Notes under the pieces: generated by a model | The model's input: the letters and a program-made list of their open reading frames with translations, nothing else | What the model was told of the DNA's origin: nothing | Database searches by the model: none | Source: an uncultured archaeon | GTDB taxonomy: Archaea; Asgardarchaeota; Heimdallarchaeia; Heimdallarchaeales; Heimdallarchaeaceae | Assembly: GCA_964534625.1 (NCBI GenBank) | Contig: CAZHRF010000006.1 | Span: 1-64,000, forward strand | Direction of reading: 5' to 3' | Length of the DNA stretch: 64,000 bases | Made by a program: the position numbers and the translations under genes | Shown here: positions 19,592 through 28,570 of the stretch, piece by piece | How positions within the stretch are numbered: position 1 is the first letter of the stretch | Layout: every line of letters starts with the position of its first letter

Positions 19592-20155
19592 GTGAGAAAA
19601 AAAAGTAAAATTACAAAAGCCTATGATGAAACAGCAGATAAATACGACAATAGATATAGGAATATACAAATGCAAAAGTATATGCAGACTATGGTAAAGA
19701 CATTAAATGAAACAGGGTCAAATACTAATAAGTTTCTATTAGACGTTGGTGGGGGAACAGGCTTATTGATGGAATTTATGAAAAAGTATATACCCACTAA
19801 GCAAAATATTACGTATATCTGCGGGGATATTAGTATTAATATGCTACAAGTTGCAAAAAACAAATCTCCAAAAAATTCATTTATATTATTTGATGCAGAG
19901 TATTTACCAATAAAACCAAATTCAATTGATATTATAACTTGTTTCTCTGTTCTTCAAAACTTAAATGAACCTAGAAAAGGAATAGAAGAGATTGAAAAAG
20001 TTCTAAATAGCCAAGGACTAGGGATTATTAGTGTTTTAGAAAAAAAGATCAATAAGTCAAATCTTCTATCTCTATTCAAAGGAATAGACCTTAAACTAGA
20101 AGAGGTTCATAGATTAGCCATAGAAGATTTGGCAATTGCGTTTAGAAAGAAATAA
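19592..20155 (+). CDS. Class I SAM-dependent methyltransferase
   Basis: YDETADKYD, LLDVGGGTG, GDISINML, DAEYLP. Confidence 0.88.
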   Translation: MRKKSKITKAYDETADKYDNRYRNIQMQKYMQTMVKTLNETGSNTNKFLLDVGGGTGLLMEFMKKYIPTKQNITYICGDISINMLQVAKNKSPKNSFILFDAEYLPIKPNSIDIITCFSVLQNLNEPRKGIEEIEKVLNSQGLGIISVLEKKINKSNLLSLFKGIDLKLEEVHRLAIEDLAIAFRKK

Positions 20156-20175
20156 AGAAAAACCATTTTTCTATC

Positions 20176-20469
20176 TTATAGAATCTTTATTACAATCTGC
20201 TTTACATCTGTTTTACAAACTTTTCTTACCCCATGTGCACCAGGTTCATATCTACATTTCAAAATTTTAGCTTTTTCTAAGTATTTAATTTGAGCAGATG
20301 CATTTGCTTCGGTTTGCCCCAGCTTTATTGCTATAGTACTAACATCTATTTCTTGATCTTTTAAAAGTTTGGTTATTTTAAATCTTGTATCTGAAGAAAG
20401 AGCCTTTGCTAAAGCCATAATGTCTTCTTTTTCAGATATTTCTAGTTTGTCACTCATTTTTTTTCTCAC
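20176..20469 (-). CDS. ArsR-family HTH transcriptional regulator (alternative start ATG 20457)
   Basis: AKALSSDTRFKI, DVSTIA...TEANASAQIKYLEKA. Confidence 0.85.
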   Translation of the reverse strand: MRKKMSDKLEISEKEDIMALAKALSSDTRFKITKLLKDQEIDVSTIAIKLGQTEANASAQIKYLEKAKILKCRYEPGAHGVRKVCKTDVKQIVIKIL

Positions 20470-20800
20470 CTTATTTATGACTATACTTTGTCTTTTAACT
20501 ATGTATTTAAATATAATGTTTATATCAAATACTTTAAGATATACTTTTGAAAGCTTTTATGTTATACAGCATATTTTGATATATTGTCCATCAGCTTTAC
20601 GTTATAAAAATAATGTACTTATTATTAGTCCGTGCCGTACTTATTATTAGTGTATTGGATTGATTTTTTTCAACACCAGTCGTGTAATCAATAAATATCC
20701 TATAGTTTTTAAGAAATCGACAATCAATAGATTTTAATCTCAAGAAAAAATAGACAGCTAAAGCACGTAGTAATATCTGCCTCCATTTAAAGGGATAATT

Positions 20801-21916
20801 ATGTCTACTATTGATGAAAAAATCAAAGCGATTGAAGACGAAATCGCTAGAACCCAGAAGAACAAAGCCACTAATCAGCACCTAGGTGTGCTAAAAGCTA
20901 AAATTGCCAAACTTAAACGTAAAAAGTTAGATATCCAATTTTCTTCTTCCGCAAGTGGTCCAGGTTATGGTTTTGATGTTAGAAAATCAGGAGATGGAAC
21001 AGTGGCGTTGATAGGCTTACCAAGTACAGGAAAGTCCACACTTATTTCCAAGATTACCAATCAAGACTCTAAAATTGGAGCATATGATTTTACCACTCTT
21101 GAAGCGATTCCAGGTATACTGGAATATGAAGGAACACAAGTACAAATAATCGATTTACCAGGCATTATTGAAGGTGCATCCAAAGGGAGAGGGCGAGGTA
21201 AAGAAATTTTATCTGCAGCACGGTCAGCAGACTTAATTTTAGCATTGTTAGAGCCATACGATACCAAAAAAAATTTTGATAAAATCATGTATGAATTAAA
21301 GAGCGTAGCAATTCGTCCAAGCAAAAAACGTCCAGATATATCAATGACAAGAACAAATCGAGGAGGATTGGCTATTGCCTCTATTAAACGTCTTACTCAT
21401 TTAACAGAAGAGCAAGTCGCTGATATATTTAGAGAATATCGGATCCTTAATGCATTGATTACAATTCGCGATGACCCAACAGATGATGAGATTATTGATT
21501 GGATCGAAGGAAACAGGGTGTATCCAAAACTCCAAGTAGTTATTAATAAAATTGATTTAGTAGATAAAAAGAAAATTAAAAAACTAAAAAGTCATTTTCC
21601 TGATGCTATTTTTATAAGCGCATTAAAAGAAGAGAACCTAGAAGAATTAAAGAAAAAATTAATAGACAAACTTGAGTTAATAAGGATCTATATGAAAAAA
21701 CAAGGTGAAAAAACGGATTATGATGAACCACTCATCATAAGCTCAGGTAGTACAATTAGAGATATTTGTTACAGAGTACACAGAAAATTTGTTGAAGAGT
21801 TTAGATATGCCATAGTAGACGGACCTAGCTCAAAACATCCCAATCAAAGAGTGGGATTAGATCATGAAGTTATGGATAAAGATGTTGTTTCTATAATTGT
21901 AAAAAAATATTGGTGA
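20801..21916 (+). CDS. drg: DRG-family (Obg superfamily) GTPase with TGS domain
   Basis: RTQKNKATNQH, GLPSTGKS, YDFTTL, DLPGIIEGA, NKID, QRVGLDH. Confidence 0.95.
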   Translation: MSTIDEKIKAIEDEIARTQKNKATNQHLGVLKAKIAKLKRKKLDIQFSSSASGPGYGFDVRKSGDGTVALIGLPSTGKSTLISKITNQDSKIGAYDFTTLEAIPGILEYEGTQVQIIDLPGIIEGASKGRGRGKEILSAARSADLILALLEPYDTKKNFDKIMYELKSVAIRPSKKRPDISMTRTNRGGLAIASIKRLTHLTEEQVADIFREYRILNALITIRDDPTDDEIIDWIEGNRVYPKLQVVINKIDLVDKKKIKKLKSHFPDAIFISALKEENLEELKKKLIDKLELIRIYMKKQGEKTDYDEPLIISSGSTIRDICYRVHRKFVEEFRYAIVDGPSSKHPNQRVGLDHEVMDKDVVSIIVKKYW

Positions 21917-21965
21917 GGATTTCAGCTTTTTCTTTATCTTATCCATTTGATAGGTCAACTTTTTT

Positions 21966-23552
21966 CTACTGTTTCTTGTTTTGTGTGATGTTGTCTTTTT
22001 TGTAAACTATTTTTCCTCCTACAATAGTACAATCAACTTCAATAGAATCAAATTCTTCTAACCCTATATTTTCAATATTTTTATTTAATACTATAAGATC
22101 AGCCAATTTTCCATAAGAAAGGCTGCCCTTTTCAGTTATCTCACCAGATACTTTTGCTGGTTCTAAAGTATAACATCTAATTGCTTGTTCAAGATCTAAC
22201 CGTAATTCTTCATTGGGATGGAATAACGCCCCTTTTATTCCAAATAACGGATCCATTGGCATGCAATCACTTCCAAAAGCTAGAATTAGACCATTATTAA
22301 GTACCCATTGAGATGGATTATTTCTTAATGTTCTTTCTTTCCCTAAACGTTGTTCATACATCCCGTTTACACCTATTCTTCCCCATCGCCAAACAAAGTT
22401 AGGTTGCATCGAATAAACGATCCCATATATTCTACTTCGTTCTATATCTTGTTCCAGAACAAGCTCTGCGTGTTCTATTCTGTGTCTGGCATTTTTGCAC
22501 TCATCAGCAGGTATTGTTTTTTCTATTGCATCCAAAAGTTTAGTAACTGCTTTATCTCCAATTGTATGAACTGCCAACTGTAATCCTGCCTTATGTACTT
22601 CTTCAACTTTTTTTTCAAGCATTTCAGAATCATATAATGCGAAGCCTTTTTCACCTTTCATATCAGAATAATCTTCAAAGAGATAAGCTGTACGCGAACT
22701 AATGGCACCATCTGTCATCAGTTTAACTGCTCCTATCTTGAACCATTTATCACCCAAACCTTTCTTAATGCCTACTTTTTTTATCTCAGTAAATAAATCT
22801 TGATAAACTATGCCATATACCCGGATTTGCATACATTGATCTTCTAAAATTTTCCTATAAGCTTTAAGACTATCAAAAGTAAGGTTATCATGAATTGAGG
22901 TAATACCGACTTTTATTGCTTTTTCCATACCCAGCTTTAAAGCATCAACATATTCATCCAACGATGGTTTAATTTCAGGATGATCATCTAATTCAACATC
23001 TCGTAAAGTACCAATTATTTCACCATCATCATCTAAATCAACTCCATCTATATCTTTGCTGAGTTCTAAACGATTAAAACCAACTGTATTAACTGTTGAG
23101 AGATGACCAGAGACGTGTCTAAGTAAAATGGGATTCCTGCCCCCAAGTGTGTCTAGATCTGACGCAGTAATATACCGTTCTTCTTTCCACTCACTTTGAT
23201 CCCAATTTCTGCCGATAATCCATTCGCCTTCAGTTGTTTTGTGTATTTCTTTTTCTAATGTCCCTAAAACTTCATTAATACTCTTTTTTCCACCCAAATC
23301 AATTTGAATGCTGTTCAATCCCACACTTGCTAGATGTGTATGAGCATCAATAAATCCAGGCAGAACAGTATTACCTTGACCATCGATAATTTTTGTTTTT
23401 GGACCAATTAACTCAGATATCTCCTCCATTGTTCCTACTTTAACTATTCTATCTAAAAAAACTGCTAAAGCATTCGCTCGCGGATTTTGTTCATCCATTG
23501 TCCATATATTTCCATTTTCAACGACTAAATCTGCAAAAACTCTATCTTTCAT
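21966..23552 (-). CDS. Amidohydrolase 3 family (YtcJ-like)
   Basis: PGFIDAHTH, KLMTDG, HTIGD, RIEHAE, FGSD, GKLADL. Confidence 0.9.
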   Translation of the reverse strand: MKDRVFADLVVENGNIWTMDEQNPRANALAVFLDRIVKVGTMEEISELIGPKTKIIDGQGNTVLPGFIDAHTHLASVGLNSIQIDLGGKKSINEVLGTLEKEIHKTTEGEWIIGRNWDQSEWKEERYITASDLDTLGGRNPILLRHVSGHLSTVNTVGFNRLELSKDIDGVDLDDDGEIIGTLRDVELDDHPEIKPSLDEYVDALKLGMEKAIKVGITSIHDNLTFDSLKAYRKILEDQCMQIRVYGIVYQDLFTEIKKVGIKKGLGDKWFKIGAVKLMTDGAISSRTAYLFEDYSDMKGEKGFALYDSEMLEKKVEEVHKAGLQLAVHTIGDKAVTKLLDAIEKTIPADECKNARHRIEHAELVLEQDIERSRIYGIVYSMQPNFVWRWGRIGVNGMYEQRLGKERTLRNNPSQWVLNNGLILAFGSDCMPMDPLFGIKGALFHPNEELRLDLEQAIRCYTLEPAKVSGEITEKGSLSYGKLADLIVLNKNIENIGLEEFDSIEVDCTIVGGKIVYKKDNITQNKKQ

Positions 23553-23606
23553 GGTAACTACCTTCTATTATGTAGATAATATCTGATACACATTAATAAA
23601 AATATT

Positions 23607-24938
23607 GTGCGTTTCAAAAAATATTTTAATAGAGAGTTTTTAAGTGAAATGAATATAATGCAAGCGGCTAATTTAAGGGAGAAAAAAGTAGAACAAAACA
23701 AATTTAAAGAATTTATCCAATCAGAAGAAACAAAGGAAATGATAGCCTTTTTTACAAGTCAAATGCTTGTGTTTATGGTATATATTTCAATTAGAAATCT
23801 GTATCCTCTGTATTTACAAAAGAATACATCGTTATCTGAAGCAGAAATAGTCACAAAATGGGCAATAATTATTTCAGCACACTCTCTTGCAGGTATATTG
23901 ACTAGGATCCCAGCAGGTAGTTTAATTGAATCATTAGGGAGAAAAAAGATGGCCATAAGTGCCTATCTGTTAATGATGATTTCAATGATTGGATTAACAG
24001 TGCCCATTATTAACACCATATGGCTTGTAAGTTTATTTATCATTCTCAAAATAAGCAACAATGTTTTCGGATTAGTGGGGCGATCCGCTTTGGCAGATAT
24101 TGAAACTGAATTCAAGGGCATATACAGCAGTTTACTATCCACTTTTGGTCGTATTGGAAACCTTATTGGTTCATTAGCTCTGGGGTTCATATTAGAACTT
24201 TTTCCTCCAATCTTCATGTTGATAACAGCGGCGTTAATAACTGCATTAGGATTAATCGTATTTCTCATACTATTTAGAGAGGGAGAAGGAGAAATAAGTT
24301 ACAAAAATAGGAAAGAAAAAAACAGAAAAGAGGGAAAAACAAAAGTTAATCTCCACGAATTTTTATCCTTTACGTTCGTTTTTTTCTTAATTCAGTTCTT
24401 AATATTTGGCCTAGAAGAAGGCTTAACAAGCCCACTTTTTTCGATTTATGGAAAGAATGTTTTAGGCTTAAAAGAGAGCTTAATTGGGTCTTTTCTAGGT
24501 GTCTCCCAGCTGGCTTTTATAATCATCTCCCCTTTAATAGGTGTAATAATAACTAAGAGCCAAAACAATATTAGTGGTTTGCTATTAGTATCTTCTCTAA
24601 TCACAACTGCCAATCATTTTTTTATGTTTATCTTTTATGATTCTGTTTTCTATTTTGTAATCTTTTTATTCGTTAGAACCATAGGCCACGCATTGTTTTT
24701 TCCTATTGTGATAACCATTTTAACAACAACTTTACCGAAAGATCACTTCAATCTCATGTATTCAGTTATTACAACCAGTTTTTTTGTAGGCTTGATGATA
24801 ACCTCACCTATTGGAGGTGTTATTTATAATAATACAAGATATCATCAGTGGTTTTATGCAGCAGCAACAACTTTCTTATTAGTTATAATGAATATCATCT
24901 ACCTCTACGTAGAACATAAAAAAAGTGTTAGCACCTAG
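23607..24938 (+). CDS. Major facilitator superfamily transporter
   Basis: About 12 TM segments, motif A GSLIESLGRK; start may be a later ATG. Confidence 0.85.
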   Translation: MRFKKYFNREFLSEMNIMQAANLREKKVEQNKFKEFIQSEETKEMIAFFTSQMLVFMVYISIRNLYPLYLQKNTSLSEAEIVTKWAIIISAHSLAGILTRIPAGSLIESLGRKKMAISAYLLMMISMIGLTVPIINTIWLVSLFIILKISNNVFGLVGRSALADIETEFKGIYSSLLSTFGRIGNLIGSLALGFILELFPPIFMLITAALITALGLIVFLILFREGEGEISYKNRKEKNRKEGKTKVNLHEFLSFTFVFFLIQFLIFGLEEGLTSPLFSIYGKNVLGLKESLIGSFLGVSQLAFIIISPLIGVIITKSQNNISGLLLVSSLITTANHFFMFIFYDSVFYFVIFLFVRTIGHALFFPIVITILTTTLPKDHFNLMYSVITTSFFVGLMITSPIGGVIYNNTRYHQWFYAAATTFLLVIMNIIYLYVEHKKSVST

Positions 24939-25000
24939 TAATCATGTTAATATCCTGTGAAAAAGAAAAAGGAAAAAGGAAAATTCTTCTAATAAATTTT

Positions 25001-25642
25001 CTACAGCAGTTTTAAGAAATTATTTACTGTTTCTTCAATTGAATCAGCTTGTGTTATAGCTCTTCCTATTACAATAACATCTGCGCCTTTTTGAATGGCT
25101 TTTTCACTTGTTTGAAGATTTAATCCCCCTGCTACAGCTATCAAGGTATTTGGATATTCTTGTTTTATCAAAGATATCAACTCCCATGGGTGCTCTTGAT
25201 TGCCTTCTTGATCTATTCCTCGATGAAATAAAACAATCGGGGGAATTTCACTTAAACTAGAAAGCAACTCCATTGGTGAAGAAACATTCATGAGATCTAG
25301 TATAATATCTACTTGATGCTTCTTTGCTTCAAATAGAGCGGATTCAATTGTTTCTCGTGGAGCTAATCCACTAACAGCTACAGCATTAGCATTTTCTTCT
25401 ACAGCGATTTGTACTTCCAACCATCCCACATCTAGAGTTTTCATATCTGCAATGATATAACTCTTTGGATGATATTTTTTTATTGAATTTAACAGATTTA
25501 TCCCAAATTTTTTGATTGTGGGGGTTCCTGCTTCTAACAAAATTTTATTGTTTTTTGGGATACCTTGAAGGATATCGTCAAGGTTTTGCGCATCTATAAG
25601 ATCTAATGCAATTTGTAAATAAGGAGGTTGATCTAACTTCAT
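25001..25642 (-). CDS. 3-hexulose-6-phosphate synthase family (OMPDC/HUMPS barrel)
   Basis: PPYLQIALD, LEAGTP, ADMKTLDVG, HRGID, IAVAGG, GRAIT; resembles the HPS domain of archaeal Fae-Hps. Confidence 0.85.
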   Translation of the reverse strand: MKLDQPPYLQIALDLIDAQNLDDILQGIPKNNKILLEAGTPTIKKFGINLLNSIKKYHPKSYIIADMKTLDVGWLEVQIAVEENANAVAVSGLAPRETIESALFEAKKHQVDIILDLMNVSSPMELLSSLSEIPPIVLFHRGIDQEGNQEHPWELISLIKQEYPNTLIAVAGGLNLQTSEKAIQKGADVIVIGRAITQADSIEETVNNFLKLL

Positions 25643-25643
25643 T

Positions 25644-27017
25644 TTAATCCGCTACCACAACTTCTTTTTTTTGTAAATCTAGTGTTTTTGGTTTGGCGTA
25701 ATCTGAAACTAGATCCATTATATATTTTTGGTTTCTAGGCTCACCATGAACAAGGAATACATCAGCATTAACCGCACGTTTAATGTACTCAGCCAATCCT
25801 TCAGCAGAAGAATGACCGGAATAAGGAAATTTCATGATTTGAGTTTTAACAGTTATCTCTTTCGTTTTTTTGTGTCTATATCCATCAAATAATTCAATCT
25901 GCTTATCACCATCGTACAATTGTCTTCCTGTTGTACCGTCCACTTGATATCCAGTAAAACCTAAAACATTGTTTTCATTTCCACCACAGTATTCTAAATA
26001 AGAATGAATAGCTCCACCCTCAAGCATACCTGAAGTTGTTATTATAACAAGTCCTTTATCATTTTTTGCTATATATTCCCTAAAGTCATGCGTTCTATCT
26101 GTTATATCATAAATGTTAATAATATTATTCTTACGGAAAGGAGAGAGTAAATCAGCTTCTTTCAGTTCATTGAGAAATCGAGGAGAAACCCATTGGTCAA
26201 TAAGATATTTTTCTGTAATTTCATTCATTGTATTAATCATTCCATCTACATAGATGGGAATAGAATCAAACTCTGGATCCAGAGCGAAGGTAGAAATAAG
26301 TTCTTGTGATCTACCTACAGCAAAAGATGGTAAGAGCATTTTATTTCGTTTTTCAACTGTCTGTTTTGTTAAAAGTTTTAATCCTACATCAATTTTTTTT
26401 CTTTCTGGTACATAGCGTTTTCCATTAGTTGATTCAATGATGAATGTATCTACTTCTTCAATTTCTGGAGGTATTTCAAATCCATCAAATAGAGGTGTTA
26501 CTCTATCATTAATATCACCAGTGTATAAAATCAAATGTCCATCCCAATCTAATAAAATCTGGGTCGCGCCTAAGATATGGCCAGCATTATAATATTTTGC
26601 AGTGATTCCATCTGCTATTTTAAATTCTTCATGATAATCATGGGTTATAATGTCTTGAGGATAAATCCACCTCAAATTTGTTTCTGACCAATGTCTTGGT
26701 CCTTCAATTTTTAAATGATCTAACCACAATTTTAATGCAATATCCCTCGTTGGTTTGGTCATGTAATATTTTCCTCGATAACCATGTTTCGTTAAAGAAG
26801 GTAAATACCCACTATGATCGAAATGTGCATGGCTAAGTAATACCGCGTCTAAATGTTCCGCTACAGGGTCTAATCCTTTAGGCGCAATAGATGGTTTTTT
26901 GGGAACAAGTTCAATACCACAATCTAGTAATACTTTATGGTCTTTATCTTCAAGCATAAAAGCGCTTTTCCCAACATGGTCTGTTGCACCATAGGGTATA
27001 ATTTTAATATTTGTCAA
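25644..27017 (-). CDS. MBL/beta-CASP ribonuclease (CPSF73-like, no KH domains)
   Basis: LSHAHFDH, AGHILG, YTGD, ESTNG, FAVGRSQE, SGML, SGHS, VHGE. Confidence 0.92.
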   Translation of the reverse strand: MTNIKIIPYGATDHVGKSAFMLEDKDHKVLLDCGIELVPKKPSIAPKGLDPVAEHLDAVLLSHAHFDHSGYLPSLTKHGYRGKYYMTKPTRDIALKLWLDHLKIEGPRHWSETNLRWIYPQDIITHDYHEEFKIADGITAKYYNAGHILGATQILLDWDGHLILYTGDINDRVTPLFDGFEIPPEIEEVDTFIIESTNGKRYVPERKKIDVGLKLLTKQTVEKRNKMLLPSFAVGRSQELISTFALDPEFDSIPIYVDGMINTMNEITEKYLIDQWVSPRFLNELKEADLLSPFRKNNIINIYDITDRTHDFREYIAKNDKGLVIITTSGMLEGGAIHSYLEYCGGNENNVLGFTGYQVDGTTGRQLYDGDKQIELFDGYRHKKTKEITVKTQIMKFPYSGHSSAEGLAEYIKRAVNADVFLVHGEPRNQKYIMDLVSDYAKPKTLDLQKKEVVVAD

Positions 27018-27201
27018 TTTTTGTCATCCTATAAAATTGTAAGTAATATGTTTTCTTTACTTCTTAAGAACAAAGGATAAGGAGATTTCTAAAACTTTTG
27101 CTTTACGCCAGATTCGGTAAGCTATTACTAGATGGAATGATTATATTTAACTTGTAGACTTGGTTTGGATACGTTTTTATACGGTAAAAACTTCTTTTTT
27201 C

Positions 27202-27960
27202 ATGGTAAGAATGGGAAAAGGAAAAGAGGAAGAGAAAAAAAAAGAAAAAAATCTTTCAGCTGATGCATTTAAAGGATCACTAAGCACGGCTTACAATTCA
27301 TTTAGTAACGAGATTATTGAAACTGAAAAAAGAGATAAAGCCACTAAAAAGAGAGTTTTAAGAGAAGGAATTACAAAAATTGAGAAAGATTCAAGAAAAG
27401 AATTGGATACATCTCGAATTATAGTGAATAAATTAGTAGAAATGAAGAAGAAAGCGGGATTATCCCCAACATTAGGTACATCGGGTGAGGTCAAGTCTCC
27501 AAAACTATTTGGAAAGCAAAATTTCAAGGACTTATTAATCAAAGAAATCTTATATATGGGAAATGAAGAATTAGCGGGTAAGGGGATATATGCAATAAGT
27601 TCTAAAAATTTCATTGATTACTTTAGAAATACAAGAGAAAATTGGAAAGTAGATGACACAGAGATATTAGATACAATAATAGAATTGGAAGTAACAGAAG
27701 TTATACCTAAAACAGTAGAGATTACGGATGATGAATTTTTGATAAGATTTAAACCAATAGAATTATCTGGTGATATACAAGATATTCTACGAATGGCTAC
27801 AGGAAGAAAAGCTTTATCCATAGAAGATATACATGACTTTATGGGATGGGATAGAAAAAGAGCACAGACTGCAATGAATCTAATGGTAGAAAAAAATCTA
27901 GCCATACATGATGAAGAGACAAAGAATTATTATTTTCCATCAATAAGTGTTGTAGAATAA
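27202..27960 (+). CDS. EAP30-family (Vps22/Vps36-like) ESCRT-II winged-helix protein
   Basis: C-terminal PIELSGDIQDILRMA...LSIEDIHDFMGWDRKRAQTAMNLMVEKNLAIHD...YYFP matches the Vps22/Snf8 pattern PxELxxD...LxWxxxRA...L...G.A..D....YW.P. Start probably ATG 27202 or 27211. Confidence 0.75.
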   Translation: MVRMGKGKEEEKKKEKNLSADAFKGSLSTAYNSFSNEIIETEKRDKATKKRVLREGITKIEKDSRKELDTSRIIVNKLVEMKKKAGLSPTLGTSGEVKSPKLFGKQNFKDLLIKEILYMGNEELAGKGIYAISSKNFIDYFRNTRENWKVDDTEILDTIIELEVTEVIPKTVEITDDEFLIRFKPIELSGDIQDILRMATGRKALSIEDIHDFMGWDRKRAQTAMNLMVEKNLAIHDEETKNYYFPSISVVE

Positions 27961-28004
27961 AAAATTTAGATAAAAGAAGAGTTTAAACGACAATTTACAA
28001 AGAA

Positions 28005-28012
28005 TTTATATA
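28005..28012 (+). promoter_or_regulatory. Candidate archaeal TATA box with purine-rich BRE
   Basis: CAAAGAA-TTTATATA; no downstream protein gene, but a hairpin starts 23 nt after the box. Confidence 0.45.
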
Positions 28013-28034
28013 TGTCCCATGAGAATCATTATAT

Positions 28035-28084
28035 GGTGTGAGAACCCTTTTTACTCTCACACCCTCCCTCCCTCCCTCCCTTTT
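28035..28084 (+). ncRNA. Candidate small RNA: 9-bp hairpin, (CCCU)5 tract and U tract
   Basis: GGTGTGAGA (28035-28043) pairs with TCTCACACC (28055-28063); CCCT x5; TTTT at 28081-28084; TATA box at promoter distance. Confidence 0.3.
28062..28081. repeat. (CCCT)5 microsatellite; (AGGG)5 on minus strand, G-quadruplex-competent
   Basis: Direct reading of ccctccctccctccctccct. Confidence 0.9.
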
Positions 28085-28086
28085 AT

Positions 28087-28479
28087 GTGAACGTCTTCTT
28101 GAAAACCCCGTCCTTGAGGGCGAGGATGAAACGAAGAAAAAACAATACACGTTTTAGCATACAAACATTTTGTAAGTATGCTGTCTTTGTGTACGTGTCT
28201 TGGTACCATCTCGAAAACCAAGAGTGGTACGAAACAAAAAGAAAAAGATGGAAGTAGAAGATAGGGCTACACATTAAACAACGATAATGGGTATATGTAT
28301 CGACCTAAGTAAGAGTATTGAGGACTTCCGATGTAGAGTCGGTACGTTGTGTGTACTAGAACCATGTACCGTCGGGACGACGGGAACTATAGACGACACT
28401 TGTGGAGAAGAGGTAAGCCCTCATTTTGAGGGCACTTCGTTGAAGCAAGAAACGCCATCCTTTAGGGTGGGGTAGTTCA
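28087..28479 (+). mobile_element. Non-autonomous IS200/IS605 (tnpB-type) derivative, PATE-like, with omega-RNA-like 3' end
   Basis: Follows TTTAT (28082-28086); left hairpin CCCCGTCC-TTGA-GGGCGAGG (28106-28125); related right hairpin CCATCC-TTTA-GGGTGG (28455-28470) then GGTAGTTCA. The 3' part translates as the typical TnpB tail TVGTTG...CGE...SLKQETPSFRVG. No TnpA or RuvC ORF. Confidence 0.8.
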
Positions 28480-28570
28480 TAATAAGCTAATTAAAGGCGA
28501 ATAGATTGAAGATATTAGCTCAACGATACAGATTGAAGTAGATGATAAAAAAAGTAGGTTGCAATATGTC

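Noticed and set aside
28287-28475. 62 aa ORF as a functional protein
   Set aside because: Only the end matches the TnpB tail that overlaps the omega-RNA; there are no RuvC or Zn-finger motifs, so it is treated as part of the IS remnant.
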